From the NCBI GenBank assembly GCA_031388685.1, contig JANMRV010000232.1, positions 1-48,286 on the forward strand: a stretch of DNA of 48,286 bases. Reading direction: 5' to 3'. The position numbers were made by a program, and so were the translations under genes. The stretch's first letter is position 1; each line of letters opens with the position of its first letter. Below, in pieces: positions 45,841-48,286 of the stretch. This stretch comes from Planctomycetota bacterium (GTDB lineage: Bacteria > Planctomycetota > UBA1135 > GCA-002686595). The notes below the pieces were generated by a model. That model saw only the letters and a program-made list of their open reading frames with translations. It had not been told where the DNA came from and searched no databases.

Positions 45841-46850
45841 TCGACCGTCCCGTACACGTTGACGATCACGCGCGCCTTGGAGCCGTCCTCGTACTCCAGG
45901 CCGATCGAGAGCGGCGCGGAGAACAGCTCGCGATCGAGCGCGCCATCGGCGGAAAAAACGATTTCGCGCGGCACGTCGGACGCGAAGCTGACCGTCCTGG
46001 GCAAGACCGCCTTGCCGCTGTCGACCACGCCGTAAATCGAGAGCGCGTCGATCGCGCCGGGGAATGCCATGCGCGGGTCGCCGATCACGAGCGGCGCCTC
46101 GAGTTTCCAGACCGGATCGTCCGCCTGCGCGCGCGCGATTTCGACGCCGTCGAGCGCGAGCCGCAAGAGCCGGCGGTCATAGGTCACTTCGACGCGCATC
46201 CAGGATCCCGTTCGCCACACGCCCGGCGCGCTGTCGACCGCGACGATGCCGCCGCCGGAAACGACGCCGCTCGCGGAAGTGACCGCGGGCCGGAACCATG
46301 CGCGCAGGCTGCCATTGGCGCGGCACTCCAAACCCGCAACCAACCCGATGTCGAGCGCGCGGCCACCGTCCGAATTCTCGAGCTTGAGCGCGCACTGCAG
46401 CATGAAGCCCTCGCGCAGATCGAAAGTCGGATTCTCCTGCAGCGCAACTTCGCCGTGCGCTCCGGCCGGTGCGCCTGCGAAGGACAGTGCCTTGCCGAGA
46501 AATCCAGCGTCGATCAGCACGCCACCCATGCAGACTCCGTCGTCGCCCGAAGAGCCCTCGAGTCCAAGCGTTTCGAACTGCCAGGTGCCGAGTGCGTCCA
46601 TGCCGGCGGCAACGATTTCGCCGCTCGCCGGATCGAGGCGAAGGCGCGCCGGAGCGGAGCGCGCGACCGCGTTGTTGCGCGCCGAGCGCAGCATGTTCTG
46701 CACGAGTCCCAGCGCGGCGCGCTTGCCCGGATTCAGCGCGGTCAGCATCCCGACGCCGATCCCGAACAGCATCGCCATCAGGCCCATCACGACGATCAGC
46801 TCGATCAGCGTGAAGCCAGCCTTGCGTCCGGGTTGCAGGAAAGGTCTCAC
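45837..46850 (-). CDS. Pseudopilin (GspH-like N-terminus) fused to a LamG / concanavalin-like (Laminin_G_3 type) domain
   Basis: The N-terminus is MRPFLQPGRKAG/FTLIELIVVMGLMAMLF with Glu at +5. LamG-type hallmarks are GKALSFAG, GFMLQCALKL, WMRVEVTYDRRLLRLALDGVEIA and PLVIGD...FPGAIDALSIYG. Confidence 0.8.
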   Translation of the reverse strand: MRPFLQPGRKAGFTLIELIVVMGLMAMLFGIGVGMLTALNPGKRAALGLVQNMLRSARNNAVARSAPARLRLDPASGEIVAAGMDALGTWQFETLGLEGSSGDDGVCMGGVLIDAGFLGKALSFAGAPAGAHGEVALQENPTFDLREGFMLQCALKLENSDGGRALDIGLVAGLECRANGSLRAWFRPAVTSASGVVSGGGIVAVDSAPGVWRTGSWMRVEVTYDRRLLRLALDGVEIARAQADDPVWKLEAPLVIGDPRMAFPGAIDALSIYGVVDSGKAVLPRTVSFASDVPREIVFSADGALDRELFSAPLSIGLEYEDGSKARVIVNVYGTVE

Positions 46851-46854
46851 CGCA

Positions 46855-47496
46855 TCACTTCTTGAAATTCGAGATGTCGTCCGCGGTGCCGAACCTGCCG
46901 TCGATGCCGGCTGAAAACAATTGGAAGCTGCTGGGCTCCTCGTAGCGGCCGGTCGTCGAATTCTTCAGCGCGCGCAGCGTGGCCTCGTTCTCCTCGCCGG
47001 TCTCCGTGTCGACGAAGATGTAGCGGAACTCGCGCTCGTAGTCCGAAGCGCGGATGTAGACGATCGGGTTGCCCCACGGATCGGCCATCTCGAGCAGGTC
47101 CTGGGTCTCGAAACCCTTGGGCCGCTTGGAGAGCGCGTCGCGATCGGTGTTGCACAGATATTCTGCCTTGCCGAGCGTCGCGTATCCGGGCGCGCCCTCC
47201 GCGCACAGCGCCAGGTACAGGCACTCCGAGCCGACGTTGGTCGCGTCCGGCGCCGTACCCAGGTCGCTTGGCAACTGCGAGGGCGGATACTCGCCGTGTT
47301 CGTCGGAGTGTTCGCCCAGCGCCGTGCCCAGTTGCGCGAGCCGATTCCTGGCGACGCCGGCCTTGACCGCATCCTCACCCTGCATGAGGCTCGAGACCAG
47401 CACTGCGATCAGGATCGCGAGGATCATGAGCACGGCGAGCAGCTCGATCAGCGTGAAGCCGGCGCGTGTCGAAGATCGGTGGTGAAATTGCCTCAT
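46855..47496 (-). CDS. gspG: Type II secretion system major pseudopilin GspG-like
   Basis: Within track ORF 46855..47748. From the ATG at 47496 the N-terminus is MRQFHHRSSTRAG/FTLIELLAVLMILAILIAVLV with Glu at +5. T2SS-G C-terminal motifs are DPWGNPIVY and FQLFSAGIDGRFGTADDI. Confidence 0.85.
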   Translation of the reverse strand: MRQFHHRSSTRAGFTLIELLAVLMILAILIAVLVSSLMQGEDAVKAGVARNRLAQLGTALGEHSDEHGEYPPSQLPSDLGTAPDATNVGSECLYLALCAEGAPGYATLGKAEYLCNTDRDALSKRPKGFETQDLLEMADPWGNPIVYIRASDYEREFRYIFVDTETGEENEATLRALKNSTTGRYEEPSSFQLFSAGIDGRFGTADDISNFKK

Positions 47497-47516
47497 CGGC
47501 CGCTGCTCCATGGCGC

Positions 47517-48286
47517 TCAGGGCGCGCGAGACTTGACGATCTGGACGTTGTCGATCGTGATGTCCACGGGTTGACCGCTGTCGCCCCAGGCCATCAGGCC
47601 GACGCACACATCGCCCGCGGAGGCGATCGAGCGCAGCGAGAATCGATCCGCGACGGGAATGCCGTCGACGCTGATGCGGCCGATCGAATCGGAGCCTTCG
47701 CCGATGCGCTCGATGCGCAGGCGCACGGGCTTGTCGAGCGGCCACCACGGAATACCGCCTACCGGCGCGATGTCGACGCGTTCAGGTTCGGCGGTGGCGC
47801 GGTCCATCAAGAGCACCTGCAATCCGCCCTCGGGGTGACGCTCGACGGCGATCCAGCTCGTCGGCGCCGCGTTGCCGCGGCTGCCTTGCTTCTCGCGCGT
47901 CATGAACATGCCGACGTGGGCGGAAGTCACGCTCGCCACGGTCACGTCCATCTCGATCGAAACGAAGTCCTTCGAATGGTAGCGGCGCAACAGGCGCGCG
48001 CGCCCGTCGGTCTGCTTGATGGATCCGCGCAGGTGCATGGCATTGTCGCCGAGCGAAAAGGTCGCACCGGCGGCTTCTTCCACGTCCCACTGGTTCGAAC
48101 CGGCGTTGCCGCTGCGGTCGAAATTGTCTTCCCAGGCTTCCTTGGCGACGTGGTCGCCGATGCGCTTGATCTGGGCCAGCGTGAAGACGCGCCAGGCATC
48201 TTTTTCCGGCAATTTTCGCCGTGCGTCGTCGAGCGCGCGGAACAGTTCGATCGCGCGACCAAAGTCGCCCTTGCGATAGGCGCACC
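47517..48286 (-). CDS. TPR-containing protein with C-terminal concanavalin/LamG-like beta-sandwich (partial; continues past window end)
   Basis: Track ORF 47517..48212 begins at a TTG, but the frame stays open to 48286 (..CAYRKGDFGRAIELFRALDDARRKLPEKDAW.., a TPR-like helix pair). The C-terminal 200 aa are beta-rich and end VDITIDNVQIVK. The gene lies 20 nt upstream of the gspG-like gene. Confidence 0.6.
   Translation of the reverse strand, partial: CAYRKGDFGRAIELFRALDDARRKLPEKDAWRVFTLAQIKRIGDHVAKEAWEDNFDRSGNAGSNQWDVEEAAGATFSLGDNAMHLRGSIKQTDGRARLLRRYHSKDFVSIEMDVTVASVTSAHVGMFMTREKQGSRGNAAPTSWIAVERHPEGGLQVLLMDRATAEPERVDIAPVGGIPWWPLDKPVRLRIERIGEGSDSIGRISVDGIPVADRFSLRSIASAGDVCVGLMAWGDSGQPVDITIDNVQIVKSRAP

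Noticed and set aside
41329-46035. 613-aa (41329..43170) and 916-aa (43285..46035) plus-strand ORFs
   Set aside because: Both are antisense to the 1690-aa GspK-like gene. The translations are Arg/Asp/Ala/Gly-rich and featureless. The minus-strand frame carries the pilin-like N-terminus, GspK-like motifs and coupled start/stop overlaps.
1-48286. Mobile elements, prophage, CRISPR arrays, tRNA/rRNA and defence-system hallmarks
   Set aside because: I saw no transposase, integrase or recombinase motifs, no spacer-repeat arrays, no tRNA-like sequences in the few intergenic gaps, and no nuclease/ATPase defence-type gene pairs. The window looks like core chromosome plus envelope and secretion accessory genes.

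Overview
High-GC bacterial chromosomal window (about two-thirds G+C by eye, not computed), densely coded. I found no rRNA, tRNA, CRISPR array, transposase or integrase. All domain calls are by eye from the translations; no searches were run. Many long ORFs in the track are antisense or out-of-frame shadows typical of high-GC DNA.

Gene order, left to right:
- moeA 5' fragment (-).
- RND efflux operon: lipoprotein adaptor plus two tandem permeases. The second permease carries an internally duplicated TM insertion.
- Two tandem paralogous secreted repeat proteins (-), separated by a strong hairpin terminator.
- A 1253-aa Ser/Thr kinase with one TM and about 14 WD40 blades (-), divergent from an ECF sigma factor with no adjacent anti-sigma gene.
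- Housekeeping ribH-nusB-ftsY.
- An envelope-glycan block: Wzy_C/TPR protein, YfhO-like GT-C divergent from a small GT2, two HWWF-type methyltransferase paralogs, a Zn-ribbon methyltransferase and a UGM-like flavoprotein. An OmpR-type regulator and histidine kinase pair sits inside this block.
- PpiD-like chaperone and scpB (-), then a DUF2911 protein (+).

The most interesting part is a minus-strand operon longer than 11 kb (36.5-48.3 kb) whose genes overlap or nearly abut. It encodes five prepilin-motif proteins in the order G, H(LamG fusion), K, J, I. The GspK-like member is 1690 aa. These are followed by a signal-peptide protein with a DnaJ-type CxxCxGxG zinc finger, a SurA/parvulin-like lipoprotein and a small heptad-repeat protein. 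No secretin, ATPase, platform protein or prepilin peptidase lies inside the window.
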